Source of the DNA: Anaerolineales bacterium | Lineage (GTDB): Bacteria; Chloroflexota; Anaerolineae; Anaerolineales; UBA11579 | Direction of reading: 5' to 3' | Length of the DNA stretch: 64,000 nt | Assembly (NCBI GenBank): GCA_025450445.1 | Contig: JANWHN010000086.1 | Location: 8,770 to 72,769 of the forward strand | Part shown: positions 17,929-27,084 of the stretch, piece by piece | Numbering within the stretch: the first letter of the stretch is position 1 | Layout of the letters: the number at the start of each line of letters is the position of its first letter | Translations under genes and position numbers: made by a program | The notes under the pieces: generated by a model | Databases searched by the model: none | What the model saw: the letters and a program-made list of their open reading frames with translations, nothing else | Told to the model about the DNA's origin: nothing

Positions 17929-19044
17929 ATGAACGAACTCAACTATTGGTTAGCGCTGAACAAGGTTAAAGGGATCGGAGCTATCCGATTCCGATCGCTG
18001 CTCGAAGCCTTCGGCAGCGCGCAACAAGCCTGGGAAGCGACGCCAAATAAATTGATCGAAGCCGGTTTGGGCCAAATTGTGCTCAACAATTTCCTTTCTA
18101 CTCGCGAAAAATTAGATGTCGAACACGTCACCGATGAGCTAGAAACTCACAATCTAACGGCCTTAACTTGGGAGGACGAGGCTTATCCGCGCCGTTTGCG
18201 CGAACTTAGTGAAGCCCCGCCGGTGCTCTTTGTGCGCGGCGATCTTGTCCCTGAAGATGAGTGGGCGGTTGCGATTGTCGGCACTCGCCGCGTAACTTCG
18301 TATGGCCAGCAAGTTGCCGAAGAGTTGGCAACATTCCTCGCTCACAATCGCATCACTGTCGTCAGCGGGCTTGCCCGCGGCGTTGACGCAATTGCTCATA
18401 AGGCTGCGCTAAAAGCCGGAGGCCGGACGATTGGGGTGACTGCCCACGGACTTGATATGGTTTACCCGCAAGAACACCGAAAATTGGCTGAGGAAATGTC
18501 TGCGCAAGGTGCTTTAGTAAGCGATTATGTGATCGGGACACCGCCCGATAGCGTAAATTTTCCACCTCGCAATCGGATTATTTCGGGTTTATCTATGGCG
18601 GTTGTAATAATCGAGGCAGGTTTTGAGAGCGGGGCATTAATTACCGCCGGTTTCGCGGCTGAACAAGGGCGGGAAGTATTTGCCCTGCCTGGCCCGATTT
18701 ATGCTCCGCAAAGCAAGGGCGCGAACTTATTGATTCAGCGTGGAGCGCATCCGCTGTTGAAGTTCGAAGATTTGATGGATGCGTTAGATTTACAAATGAT
18801 GAGCGCACATAAGACTGCGCGAGCGGCTTTGCCATCCGATGCAATTGAGGCTAAACTGTTTGGCTTGCTCAGTCAGGAGCCGTTGCACGTAAATGATATT
18901 GGTATAAAAGCGGCCCTGCCTATTGAGCAGGTATCCTCTACACTGGCTCTGATGGAGCTAAAGGGTCTGGTTCGCCAAGTTGGCGGAATGAATTATGTCG
19001 CCGCCCGCGAAACCCAGGCTGAATATAGTACTGGTGCAAGCTAG
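17929..19044 (+). CDS. dprA: DNA-processing protein DprA (Smf)
   Basis: YWLALNKVKGIG..., VSGLARGVDAIAHKAAL, FPPRNRIISGLS and a C-terminal winged helix. ATG 17929 is preferred. Confidence 0.92.
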   Translation: MNELNYWLALNKVKGIGAIRFRSLLEAFGSAQQAWEATPNKLIEAGLGQIVLNNFLSTREKLDVEHVTDELETHNLTALTWEDEAYPRRLRELSEAPPVLFVRGDLVPEDEWAVAIVGTRRVTSYGQQVAEELATFLAHNRITVVSGLARGVDAIAHKAALKAGGRTIGVTAHGLDMVYPQEHRKLAEEMSAQGALVSDYVIGTPPDSVNFPPRNRIISGLSMAVVIIEAGFESGALITAGFAAEQGREVFALPGPIYAPQSKGANLLIQRGAHPLLKFEDLMDALDLQMMSAHKTARAALPSDAIEAKLFGLLSQEPLHVNDIGIKAALPIEQVSSTLALMELKGLVRQVGGMNYVAARETQAEYSTGAS

Positions 19045-19054
19045 GTAATCCATT

Positions 19055-20146
19055 TTGGACAAAAATACTTACGCAGTAATCATGGCCGGGGGCGGAGGTA
19101 CGCGCTTGTGGCCGCTCTCGCGTCAAGCTAGGCCCAAGCAGATGCTTCCTTTAATTGAAGACCGCACTTTGTTTCAAACTGCGGTTCAACGACTTAGCGG
19201 TCTATTTCCTCCTGAACGAATAGTTGTTGTGACCAGCAAAGGACAAAGTGAAGAGCTGAGGAAACAGTCGCCTGAGTTGCCGGCCTCAAATTTCCTAATC
19301 GAACCTGAGCCGCGCGGAACGGCCGCTGCGATCGGGTTGGTGGCGGCGCACCTGCAAACCAAGCACCCAGGTGCGATTATGGTCATCCTCACAGCTGACC
19401 ACTATATTGGCAACGAGGTCGAATTTCACCGTCATCTGGAATCTGCGGTGGAGCTCGCTAATGAGGGCAAGCTCGTGACACTCGGGATTGAGCCGTCTTA
19501 CCCAGCGACGTTGTACGGCTATATTCAACAAGGACGACCTTTAGGAAAACGGGGCGACTACGAAACTTTTGAAGTAAAACGCTTCAAAGAAAAACCGAGC
19601 AAGGAAGAAGCAGAGCGCATGATCGCAGGGGGTGACCATACCTGGAACTCGGGTATGTTCATTTGGAAAGCGCAACGGATTTGGGAGGAGTTCGAGCTCC
19701 AGATGCCAGACCTGCATGCAGCTTTGGTAAAAATTCAGAAGGTTTGGGGAACGCTTGAGCTTGGAGAAGTCCTGGGTTATGAATGGCCTCGGATTGCCGC
19801 TCAAACCATTGATTACGGGGTAATGGAGAATGCAAGGGATGTCGCCGTGATCCCGGCAAAGGATATGGACTGGAACGACGTTGGGTCATGGAACTCGCTA
19901 TTTGATGTTTTGGAATTGGATGACTCTGGTAATTTGATCATTGGAGAGAAATATCTGGGCATCGACAGCAGAAATTCCCTCGTGCACAGCAACGGCCAAG
20001 GGAGAATGATCGTTACCGTTGGCGTCAGTGACCTGGTAGTCGTTGACACTGGCGATGTGTTGCTGATCTGTTCGAAAGAAAGCTCGCAAGATCTGCGTAA
20101 AGTGATCGCGCGACTAAAAGAAAATGGTTTGGAAAACTATCTATAG
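19055..20146 (+). CDS. Mannose-1-phosphate guanylyltransferase-like nucleotidyltransferase
   Basis: AVIMAGGGGTRLWPLSRQARPKQMLPL...DYGVME...WNDVGSW, as in the ManC/CpsB N-terminal type. The start codon is TTG. Confidence 0.85.
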   Translation: MDKNTYAVIMAGGGGTRLWPLSRQARPKQMLPLIEDRTLFQTAVQRLSGLFPPERIVVVTSKGQSEELRKQSPELPASNFLIEPEPRGTAAAIGLVAAHLQTKHPGAIMVILTADHYIGNEVEFHRHLESAVELANEGKLVTLGIEPSYPATLYGYIQQGRPLGKRGDYETFEVKRFKEKPSKEEAERMIAGGDHTWNSGMFIWKAQRIWEEFELQMPDLHAALVKIQKVWGTLELGEVLGYEWPRIAAQTIDYGVMENARDVAVIPAKDMDWNDVGSWNSLFDVLELDDSGNLIIGEKYLGIDSRNSLVHSNGQGRMIVTVGVSDLVVVDTGDVLLICSKESSQDLRKVIARLKENGLENYL

Positions 20147-20180
20147 GATTGTTAAGAAAGATTTCTGGAGGCACTAAGGT

Positions 20181-22514
20181 TTGGAAGCTTATTGTGTAAA
20201 GTGTAAAACAAAGCGGGAGATGCAAAACCCGCAGGCTGAATTCACTGCCTCAGGAACGCCGGGCACTCGCGCCACCTGCCCGGTTTGCGGCACGACCCTC
20301 TTTCGTATGGGCCGCACGCCGGCTCACGATGCCTTGACGCCGCCACCGCGGCCAACTAAGGAAGAGAAGATCGACGCGAAGCGCAAAGGCCGGCTGGTTA
20401 TTGTTGAATCGCCGGCGAAGGCTCGCACTGTTGGCCGTTTTCTCGGAAATGGCTACAAAGTCCAAGCTTCTGTGGGTCACGTTCGAGACTTATTGCGCTC
20501 CCAACTTTCTGTCGACGTGGACAACGATTTCCAGCCTAAGTATCGCGTTCCCAATGAAAAGAAATCCGTTGTCAAAGAACTGAAGAAAGTTGCTTTAGGA
20601 GCGGAGGAGATTTTCCTTGCAACTGACCCCGATCGCGAAGGCGAGGCGATTGCCTGGCATCTGATGGAAGCGGCTGAGATCGAGCCAAAGCGCGCAAAGC
20701 GCGTTGTGTTTCACGAGATCACTAAGCCTGCAATCGAAGAAGCGTTCAATCATCCGCGCGAGATCAACATGGATCTGGTCGATGCCCAACAGGCGCGCCG
20801 GATCCTGGACCGCTTGGTTGGCTACAACGTCAGCCCGATCCTTTGGGCCAAGGTCCGCAACCGACTCTCGGCAGGCCGTGTTCAATCGGTGGCTTTGCGG
20901 CTAATCGTTGAGCGTGAACGCGAGATCGAGGCGTTTATTCCTGTGGAGTATTGGTCAATCGGAGCTGAGCTGCAGCCTGAAGGCAGCAAAAATACATTTA
21001 TCGCCAAGCTGGCTGAAGTTGATGGCGCAGAACCCGAGCTTGGAAAAAAGGATCGCGTCGATCCCTTGCTGGCGGATATGCAAAATGCCACCTATTTTAT
21101 TAACGAAATCAAACGTGGCCAGCGCCGCCGCAAAGCACCCGCGCCCTTTACTACCAGCACCCTGCAACAAGAAGCCTCGCGCAAGCTTGGTTACACCGCT
21201 AAGCGCACGATGGCTATCGCCCAGCAGTTGTATGAAGGGATCGACTTGGGCGAGGGTGAAACCACTGGCTTGATCACGTATATGCGTACGGACTCAACAA
21301 GCGTTTCTGCGATTGCACAGCAAGAAGCACGGGATTATGTCAAAGAGGTTCACGGGCAGAGTTACCTGCCTGATGAAGCTCCAACCTACAAGACCCGCTC
21401 CAAGGGAGCGCAAGAAGCTCACGAAGCCGTCCGTCCTACGTCTGCATTGCGCACCCCGGCGCAGATCAAAGATAAGCTGGAACGCGATCAATTTCGACTA
21501 TATCAGCTGATCTGGCAACGCTTCCTCGCTTCGCAAATGGTTCCCGCCGTTTACGATACGGTTTCAGTGAGAGTACAGGGAGATGGCGCCCTGCATAAAT
21601 ATGGATTGCGAGCTGCTGGTTCGATTTTGCAATTCCCTGGCTATCTTGCGGTATATGAGGAAGCTGTGGACGAAACGACCAAGAGCGAAGATGAGGGCGA
21701 CACCAAAATTCCGCCTGATCTGGCTGAAGGACAGAAACAGACTCTTGTTCAACTGCTCCCCGAGCAACATTTCACCCAACCGCCGCCAAGATACAACGAC
21801 GCCAGCCTGGTCAAGACGCTCGAAGAATACGGCATCGGGCGGCCGTCGACCTATGCACCGACTTTGAACACGATCCAGCAGCGTGGCTACATTGTGCGCG
21901 AGGAGAAGCGATTTATCCCGACCGAGACCGGGTTGCTGGTCAATGATCTTCTTATGGAACATTTCCCTGGCGTTTTAGACTACAACTTCACCGCCGAGAT
22001 GGAAGGCCATCTCGACAAGATCGCGACGGGCGAAGAACCGTGGGTCAAGGTATTGCGTGATTTTTACGATCCATTTTCAAAAGTGGTCGAGCGCGCTAAA
22101 GAAGAAATGCCTGAATCAAAGGCTGGGCCGGAATACATTGGGCGCACATGCCCGACTTGTAATCAGGGCCAATTGGTCATCAAATGGGGACGCTATGGCA
22201 AGTTCATCGGCTGCGAACGCTTCCCCGAATGCCGCCACACAGAACCCTGGCTGCAAAAAATCGATGTCATCTGCCCGCTGGATGGCGGCGACCTTGTTGA
22301 GCGCCGCACACGCAAGGGGCGCATCTTCTTTGGCTGTGCCAACTATCCAACATGCGAGTTCACATCCTGGAAGCGGCCTATTGCAACATCGTGTCCCAAT
22401 TGCGCAGGCACACTGGTGATCGCTAATAAACAATTCGCGCAATGTATGAAATGTGAAAACCAATACCCTCTCGAGCAAGTTCAGCCCGAAGAGAAAGCGG
22501 AACAAGCGGCATAA
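20181..22514 (+). CDS. topA: DNA topoisomerase I with an extra N-terminal C4 zinc ribbon and three C-terminal Zn-ribbon modules
   Basis: TOPRIM segment LVIVESPAKARTV...ATDPDREGEAIAWH and the active-site region GLITYMRTDS. The N-terminal 45 aa read YCVKCKTKREM...CPVCGTTLFRMG. The C-terminal modules are CPTC...C..C, CPLD...CANYPTC and CPNC...CMKC. Confidence 0.95.
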   Translation: MEAYCVKCKTKREMQNPQAEFTASGTPGTRATCPVCGTTLFRMGRTPAHDALTPPPRPTKEEKIDAKRKGRLVIVESPAKARTVGRFLGNGYKVQASVGHVRDLLRSQLSVDVDNDFQPKYRVPNEKKSVVKELKKVALGAEEIFLATDPDREGEAIAWHLMEAAEIEPKRAKRVVFHEITKPAIEEAFNHPREINMDLVDAQQARRILDRLVGYNVSPILWAKVRNRLSAGRVQSVALRLIVEREREIEAFIPVEYWSIGAELQPEGSKNTFIAKLAEVDGAEPELGKKDRVDPLLADMQNATYFINEIKRGQRRRKAPAPFTTSTLQQEASRKLGYTAKRTMAIAQQLYEGIDLGEGETTGLITYMRTDSTSVSAIAQQEARDYVKEVHGQSYLPDEAPTYKTRSKGAQEAHEAVRPTSALRTPAQIKDKLERDQFRLYQLIWQRFLASQMVPAVYDTVSVRVQGDGALHKYGLRAAGSILQFPGYLAVYEEAVDETTKSEDEGDTKIPPDLAEGQKQTLVQLLPEQHFTQPPPRYNDASLVKTLEEYGIGRPSTYAPTLNTIQQRGYIVREEKRFIPTETGLLVNDLLMEHFPGVLDYNFTAEMEGHLDKIATGEEPWVKVLRDFYDPFSKVVERAKEEMPESKAGPEYIGRTCPTCNQGQLVIKWGRYGKFIGCERFPECRHTEPWLQKIDVICPLDGGDLVERRTRKGRIFFGCANYPTCEFTSWKRPIATSCPNCAGTLVIANKQFAQCMKCENQYPLEQVQPEEKAEQAA

Positions 22515-22579
22515 AGCTTGCAGCCTGAGTAGTGGCGTGTTTAATGCGCCTACTCTACAATGCATCCAAGGAGTAATTA

Positions 22580-23629
22580 ATGGAACAAAGCGAACAAGCC
22601 CAGCCTAAATCTGCGCGCAGTTTCAATGTGGATATGCTACGCGAGCCACGTTACTTGGCTGGCCTTGCTTTTATTGTTGGGGCAATCTTCGGATTGGTTG
22701 CGCTTGGCTGGTGGTTGTTCCCTGTTGAATGGACAGACGGAACTCCTGGACAGTTTCGCGCCGATCTGCGTGAAGATTACCTTCGCGCTGCTATTGACTC
22801 ATATACATTGAATGAAAATCCGTCGCTCGCTAACTCGCGCCTGGACGCACTTGGCGACGCGGCCGATGACACGATGGCAACTGTGGCTGCGTCTCCCGGT
22901 GAGCAAAGTGTTGAAACTATTGCCCAATTTCAACGCTTGCTCGGCGGTGAAGCCGTTCTAGCGACTCCAGAGGCTGGCGGGCAGCAAGGTGCTGGCGGCG
23001 GAACAGAGGTTACACCAGCTTCGGGCACGCGCAATTTGCTTCTGACTTTTTGCGGGATCACACTTGTCTTGGGAGTGGCCCTGGCCGCGATCTATTTCGT
23101 TCGTCGCCGGCAGGGAGACGGCGAGCGCCCGGCGGCACTCAAGGCGCGCGAGTATACGCGCGGCGCCGAGCAGACTGATTATGTAACTTCTGGAGAAGGT
23201 GCCCCGCTTTCGCAATGGATGACAACCTATCTCGTGGGTGACGATTTATTCGACGATTCATTTAGCATAGACTCGCCCAGCGGCGAGTTTATGGGTGAAT
23301 GTGGCGTTGGGATTGCCGAGACGATCGGCGTAGGCAGCCCGAAGCGGGTCACCGCTTTTGAGATCTGGTTGTTTGATAAGAACGACATCCAAACCGTTAC
23401 CAAAGTGATGATGAGCAGTCACATCTTCCGCAACGATTCAGACCGTGAGCGCCTTTCGGCGAAGGGCGAGCCGGTCCTTGCCAGCCCAGGCGTCGAAACT
23501 GTTCTGGAAACGCAGACCTTGCAAATGGTGGCTCGCGTGGTGGATATGCAATATGGCGAGGGTTCGCTACCCGAGGAAAGCTTCTTTGAACGCGTAACCC
23601 TCGAACTGGCCGTTTGGTCGAAAGTCTAA
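22580..23629 (+). CDS. Hypothetical two-TM membrane protein
   Basis: ATG after GGAG. Hydrophobic helices occur at about aa 25-47 and 153-175, with a roughly 170-aa C-terminal soluble domain. I recognise no motif. A strong terminator follows. Confidence 0.6.
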   Translation: MEQSEQAQPKSARSFNVDMLREPRYLAGLAFIVGAIFGLVALGWWLFPVEWTDGTPGQFRADLREDYLRAAIDSYTLNENPSLANSRLDALGDAADDTMATVAASPGEQSVETIAQFQRLLGGEAVLATPEAGGQQGAGGGTEVTPASGTRNLLLTFCGITLVLGVALAAIYFVRRRQGDGERPAALKAREYTRGAEQTDYVTSGEGAPLSQWMTTYLVGDDLFDDSFSIDSPSGEFMGECGVGIAETIGVGSPKRVTAFEIWLFDKNDIQTVTKVMMSSHIFRNDSDRERLSAKGEPVLASPGVETVLETQTLQMVARVVDMQYGEGSLPEESFFERVTLELAVWSKV

Positions 23630-23644
23630 ACTTGGCAGTGAACT

Positions 23645-23678
23645 AAAAAAGCTGCCCCGTTAGGCGGCTTTTTTTTCT
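23645..23678. terminator. Bidirectional rho-independent terminator
   Basis: AGCTGCC-CCGTTA-GGCGGCT (one G-U pair) followed by T8 and preceded by A6, between convergent genes. Confidence 0.75.
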
Positions 23679-23685
23679 AAAATTG

Positions 23686-24159
23686 CTATTCGACTTGCTG
23701 AATTTCCAGGCTTATTGATCCGTTGGGAGTTTGAAACTCTACTGTTTCCCCCGCCTTATGGCCGAGGAGGGCTTTTCCAATAGGAGATTCATTCGAGATC
23801 TTGCCATTACGCGGGTCGGCTTCTTGGGCGCCTACCAGGAAATACTTCACCGGTTCTCTCCCCTTCTCATGGATCGTAACCTTCGACCCAACGCCGATGA
23901 CGCCGCCACTGGAGCTTTTTTCGTCAATGATGACAGCGTTGCCCAGCAATGCTTTTATTTCTTGAATGCGACCCTCAAGAAAGCCCTGGTCTTCCTTGGC
24001 CTGCTTGTAATCTGCGTTCTCCGACAGGTCGCCCTGCTGGATGGCTGTGCGAAGCCGGGCGGCCAGCTCAGTGCGCTTCGGACCTTCAAGCTCTGCCAGC
24101 TCGAGGCGCAGGCGTTCGATGCCCTCGCGGGTTAAGTAGTATTCCTGGTTTGGGCTCAT
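23686..24159 (-). CDS. greA: Transcription elongation factor GreA
   Basis: YLTREGIERLRLELAEL...DLSENADYKQAKEDQGFLEGRI and a C-terminal FKBP-like domain. Confidence 0.95.
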   Translation of the reverse strand: MSPNQEYYLTREGIERLRLELAELEGPKRTELAARLRTAIQQGDLSENADYKQAKEDQGFLEGRIQEIKALLGNAVIIDEKSSSGGVIGVGSKVTIHEKGREPVKYFLVGAQEADPRNGKISNESPIGKALLGHKAGETVEFQTPNGSISLEIQQVE

Positions 24160-24164
24160 CTAAT

Positions 24165-25310
24165 TCAGACTTGACTTCCAGTTAGTCGATCATATTCTTG
24201 AGTGGCGAAACGGTCGGTCATCCCCGCAATGTAATCGCAAATTGTGCGGTTTTTACCGCGCAAAGAGATTTGTGCTTGAAAATCGGCGGGTAACATATCA
24301 GGCCGTTTTTCGTAGGCCTCGAAAATTGCAGTTAGAGTCTCGTCTGCATTTTTTGCCATATCTTTTACGCGTTGATGCATATAGAGATTGTTAAACAAGA
24401 AAGTCTTTAGCTCTCGATTGTGCTTTTGCATTTCCGCTGTATAGCCTATCACGTTGTGATCGAGCCTTTGAATCTCCAATGGGCTCTTAGCTTTGGCGGC
24501 TTCAATGCGGTCGGAAGTGGCTGCAACAACGTCGCTGACCAGCAAACCCACCATCCGCCGAATGACGCGGTGGCGCTCCAGATCACCAAACCCTTGTTGC
24601 TTGACCCCGACGCTTTCCAACAGCAATTTCCACATATCTAATCCCTCCAAATCATTAGGCGTGATCATGCCTGAGCGCAACCCATCGTCAAGATCGTGGG
24701 TCGTGTAGGCGAGCTCATCGGCGACGTTTGCTATCTGCGCCTCTAGGTTGCCGCGCAGCTCAGGGTTGAAGGTTGCTGCGTCAGAAATGTCATAGTCCGT
24801 TTCGTGTTTGACGATGCCTTCGCGGACTTCCCAGGTAAGGTTCAGTCCGTCAAAATCCGGGTAGCGTTTTTCCAGCTCGGTAACAATTCGAAATGATTGT
24901 TTATTGTGATCGAAGCCGCCGTGATCCATCATGAGTTTGTTCAATGTGCTTTCGCCGGAATGGCCAAAGGCAGCATGCCCAAGATCGTGGGCCAGACAGA
25001 TTGCCTCGATCAAATCTTCGTTTGCGCCCAGTGCGCGAGCTATCGTTCGCCCAACCTGGGCCACTTCTAGTGTATGCGTGAGGCGGGTCCGAAAGTAATC
25101 CCCTTCAAAGGTAATGAAGACCTGTGTTTTGTGCACCAAACGGCGGAATGCTGAGGTGTGTATTACGCGATCGCGATCGCGTTGAAAGCTCGTCCGTTGG
25201 CGCGGCTCTTTGTCTAGGTACTCGCGTCCTTTGGTATCGCGGCTGCGCATCCCATATGGAGCCAGATGCTTGTCCTCGAGTTCCTCGAGTTGTTCACGAG
25301 AAAAGATCAT
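24165..25310 (-). CDS. dGTPase-like HD-domain triphosphohydrolase
   Basis: FQRDRDRVIHTSAFRRLVHKTQVF...RTRLTHTLEVAQVGR...HDLGHAAFGH is the Dgt-family signature. Confidence 0.9.
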   Translation of the reverse strand: MIFSREQLEELEDKHLAPYGMRSRDTKGREYLDKEPRQRTSFQRDRDRVIHTSAFRRLVHKTQVFITFEGDYFRTRLTHTLEVAQVGRTIARALGANEDLIEAICLAHDLGHAAFGHSGESTLNKLMMDHGGFDHNKQSFRIVTELEKRYPDFDGLNLTWEVREGIVKHETDYDISDAATFNPELRGNLEAQIANVADELAYTTHDLDDGLRSGMITPNDLEGLDMWKLLLESVGVKQQGFGDLERHRVIRRMVGLLVSDVVAATSDRIEAAKAKSPLEIQRLDHNVIGYTAEMQKHNRELKTFLFNNLYMHQRVKDMAKNADETLTAIFEAYEKRPDMLPADFQAQISLRGKNRTICDYIAGMTDRFATQEYDRLTGSQV

Positions 25311-25347
25311 TGTTAGAGCGAAAGTTTAATGGACGGATATGACGATG

Positions 25348-26145
25348 TCAACGATTTACAATCAGGGTGCCCATTTTTTCTCCATAGAGCGCTCTTTGAA
25401 TATTTCCGCCCTCCAAACCTGAGAAAATATTGACTTGAATGCTGGGAATCAATTGAACAAGATCGACCATCGTTTTAACCTTGCCGGCCATCCCCCCGGT
25501 TACATCGGCTCCTGCTGCTTCCCCCGGGGACGCGGCGGGAAAATTGCTAGGGGTGATTTCTTTGATTACGTTAGTCTTTGCTATGTAATCTTCATAAACC
25601 CCACCTTCGTCACCAGCTAGCAAAATGCGGGCCGGGTTTAGGTGTTGAGCGAGGTAAACAAACAGATCTTCGGTCGACAGGATTGTTCCCCCTAACTCTG
25701 TGTCAAATACTACATCCCCGTAAACGACGGGGACAAGGTTTGCTTCCAATGCGGATTTAACGGGCGAAAGATCCCATGAATGAAGTTTTCCATTCTTTGC
25801 CATCACGCTTGCGGATGGCGGGAAGGCGATTACCGGAACGCCAGCCAAGTTTAGCGCGTCCATGACGATTCGGTTCAGAGATTGGGCTTGCTGCCAAACT
25901 TCAATAAATCCGCCCCATTCTGCTTCAGTTCGCACGCCCGACCGCGTGCTATATTTTTTGGCGGGCACATGCCCAAATGAACCCGACCCATGTCCCAAAA
26001 CTAGATGCAAGGCGGGTGTGGCTTTCAAAGCCGCAGCGATTTCTTTCGCGAGTCGCGCTATTACATCAGTGCGCGACACCGATGTTTTGGTTTTCTCGGT
26101 GATCAGCGAGCCACCTAGCTTGAGGAATACCAGGTCTTTGCTCAT
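25348..26145 (-). CDS. Isopentenyl phosphate kinase (amino-acid-kinase fold)
   Basis: LKLGGSLIT...LGHGSGSFGH.PAKKY...VPVVYGDVV...DVTGGMAGK resembles archaeal/Chloroflexi IPK. The ATG overlaps the mvk stop (ATGA). Confidence 0.85.
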   Translation of the reverse strand: MSKDLVFLKLGGSLITEKTKTSVSRTDVIARLAKEIAAALKATPALHLVLGHGSGSFGHVPAKKYSTRSGVRTEAEWGGFIEVWQQAQSLNRIVMDALNLAGVPVIAFPPSASVMAKNGKLHSWDLSPVKSALEANLVPVVYGDVVFDTELGGTILSTEDLFVYLAQHLNPARILLAGDEGGVYEDYIAKTNVIKEITPSNFPAASPGEAAGADVTGGMAGKVKTMVDLVQLIPSIQVNIFSGLEGGNIQRALYGEKMGTLIVNR

Positions 26146-27080
26146 TGAACGACGGTTTGAATAACTCCCTTCGCGCCTGCGGCAAGAAGGGCGACTTTGA
26201 CTTCCGCTTGTTTCTCTTCCGCCAGGGCGATCATGTTTCCGCCCCGTCCGGCGCCCGAAAGCTTGGCGCCCTTAGCGCCTGCTTGTTTCGCTGCGCTAAC
26301 TAGTTTGTCCAATTCTGGAGAGGAAACACCCAGTTTTTCAAGGAGAGAATGGTTTTGGTCCATCAACTCGCCTAATGCTTCGTTTGAACCGGTTTCAATC
26401 GTTTTTCGAGCCTTCTCGGCAATATCCCCAATATCTTCAAATATTTTTTTGTACCTTTCCGGCTCTTGCTGAAAACCAGCACGAACGTCCCCCACCGCAA
26501 TTCTTGTAGGGCTGGGAATTCCCGTGTCCGCAATCAATAGAGTGAAAGGCTTGTTGACCTGAAATGTTTGAATTGCCTCATCTTTTACGAAATAGACCGG
26601 CTCCCCATATGTGACGACCGTATTGTCAATTCCTGAAGGTGTTCCGTGATGGAGTTTTTCAACCTCAAATGCAAGTGCGGAAACTTGTTCATCGCTAGAC
26701 GGGCTTCCCAGAAACGCCGAAACCGCTCGGACTATTGCAACGCTCACCGCAGCCCCTGAGCCTAGTCCCGCTGCCAATGGAATTGTGCTTGTAATGCGTA
26801 GCTTGAACGCTGGCGGCTGCTGGATACCGAGGGCATTCAACGCTCCTCGAACCGCCGCGCCAAGTGGATCGTTCTGCGAAAGTCTCTCCAAGTCGGCATC
26901 GACCCCAACTTGAGGCGCGTCAATGTGTATTTTTCCTGATGCGCCTTTGATCCATGGGGTGACGACAGCCCTGGCTGATACCTGATGCACTGGCACGGCG
27001 ATGGCTGGATACCCGTAGACGACAGCGTGTTCGCCAAACAGAATACCTTTCGCTGGCGCGGAGGCCGAGATTGCAGGCAT
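26142..27080 (-). CDS. mvk: Mevalonate kinase (GHMP kinase)
   Basis: APAKGILFGEHAVVYGYPAIAVPV, the GHMP motif PLAAGLGSGAAVS, and C-terminal KLSGAGRGG. Confidence 0.88.
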   Translation of the reverse strand: MPAISASAPAKGILFGEHAVVYGYPAIAVPVHQVSARAVVTPWIKGASGKIHIDAPQVGVDADLERLSQNDPLGAAVRGALNALGIQQPPAFKLRITSTIPLAAGLGSGAAVSVAIVRAVSAFLGSPSSDEQVSALAFEVEKLHHGTPSGIDNTVVTYGEPVYFVKDEAIQTFQVNKPFTLLIADTGIPSPTRIAVGDVRAGFQQEPERYKKIFEDIGDIAEKARKTIETGSNEALGELMDQNHSLLEKLGVSSPELDKLVSAAKQAGAKGAKLSGAGRGGNMIALAEEKQAEVKVALLAAGAKGVIQTVVQ

Positions 27081-27084
27081 TCAG

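Noticed and set aside
16496-19044. The rpsP-KH-rimM cluster is followed by dprA instead of the usual trmD-rplS. A manC-like gene is inserted between dprA and topA.
   Set aside because: This is only a synteny variation. It has no sequence anomaly at the junctions and is not informative without comparative genomes.
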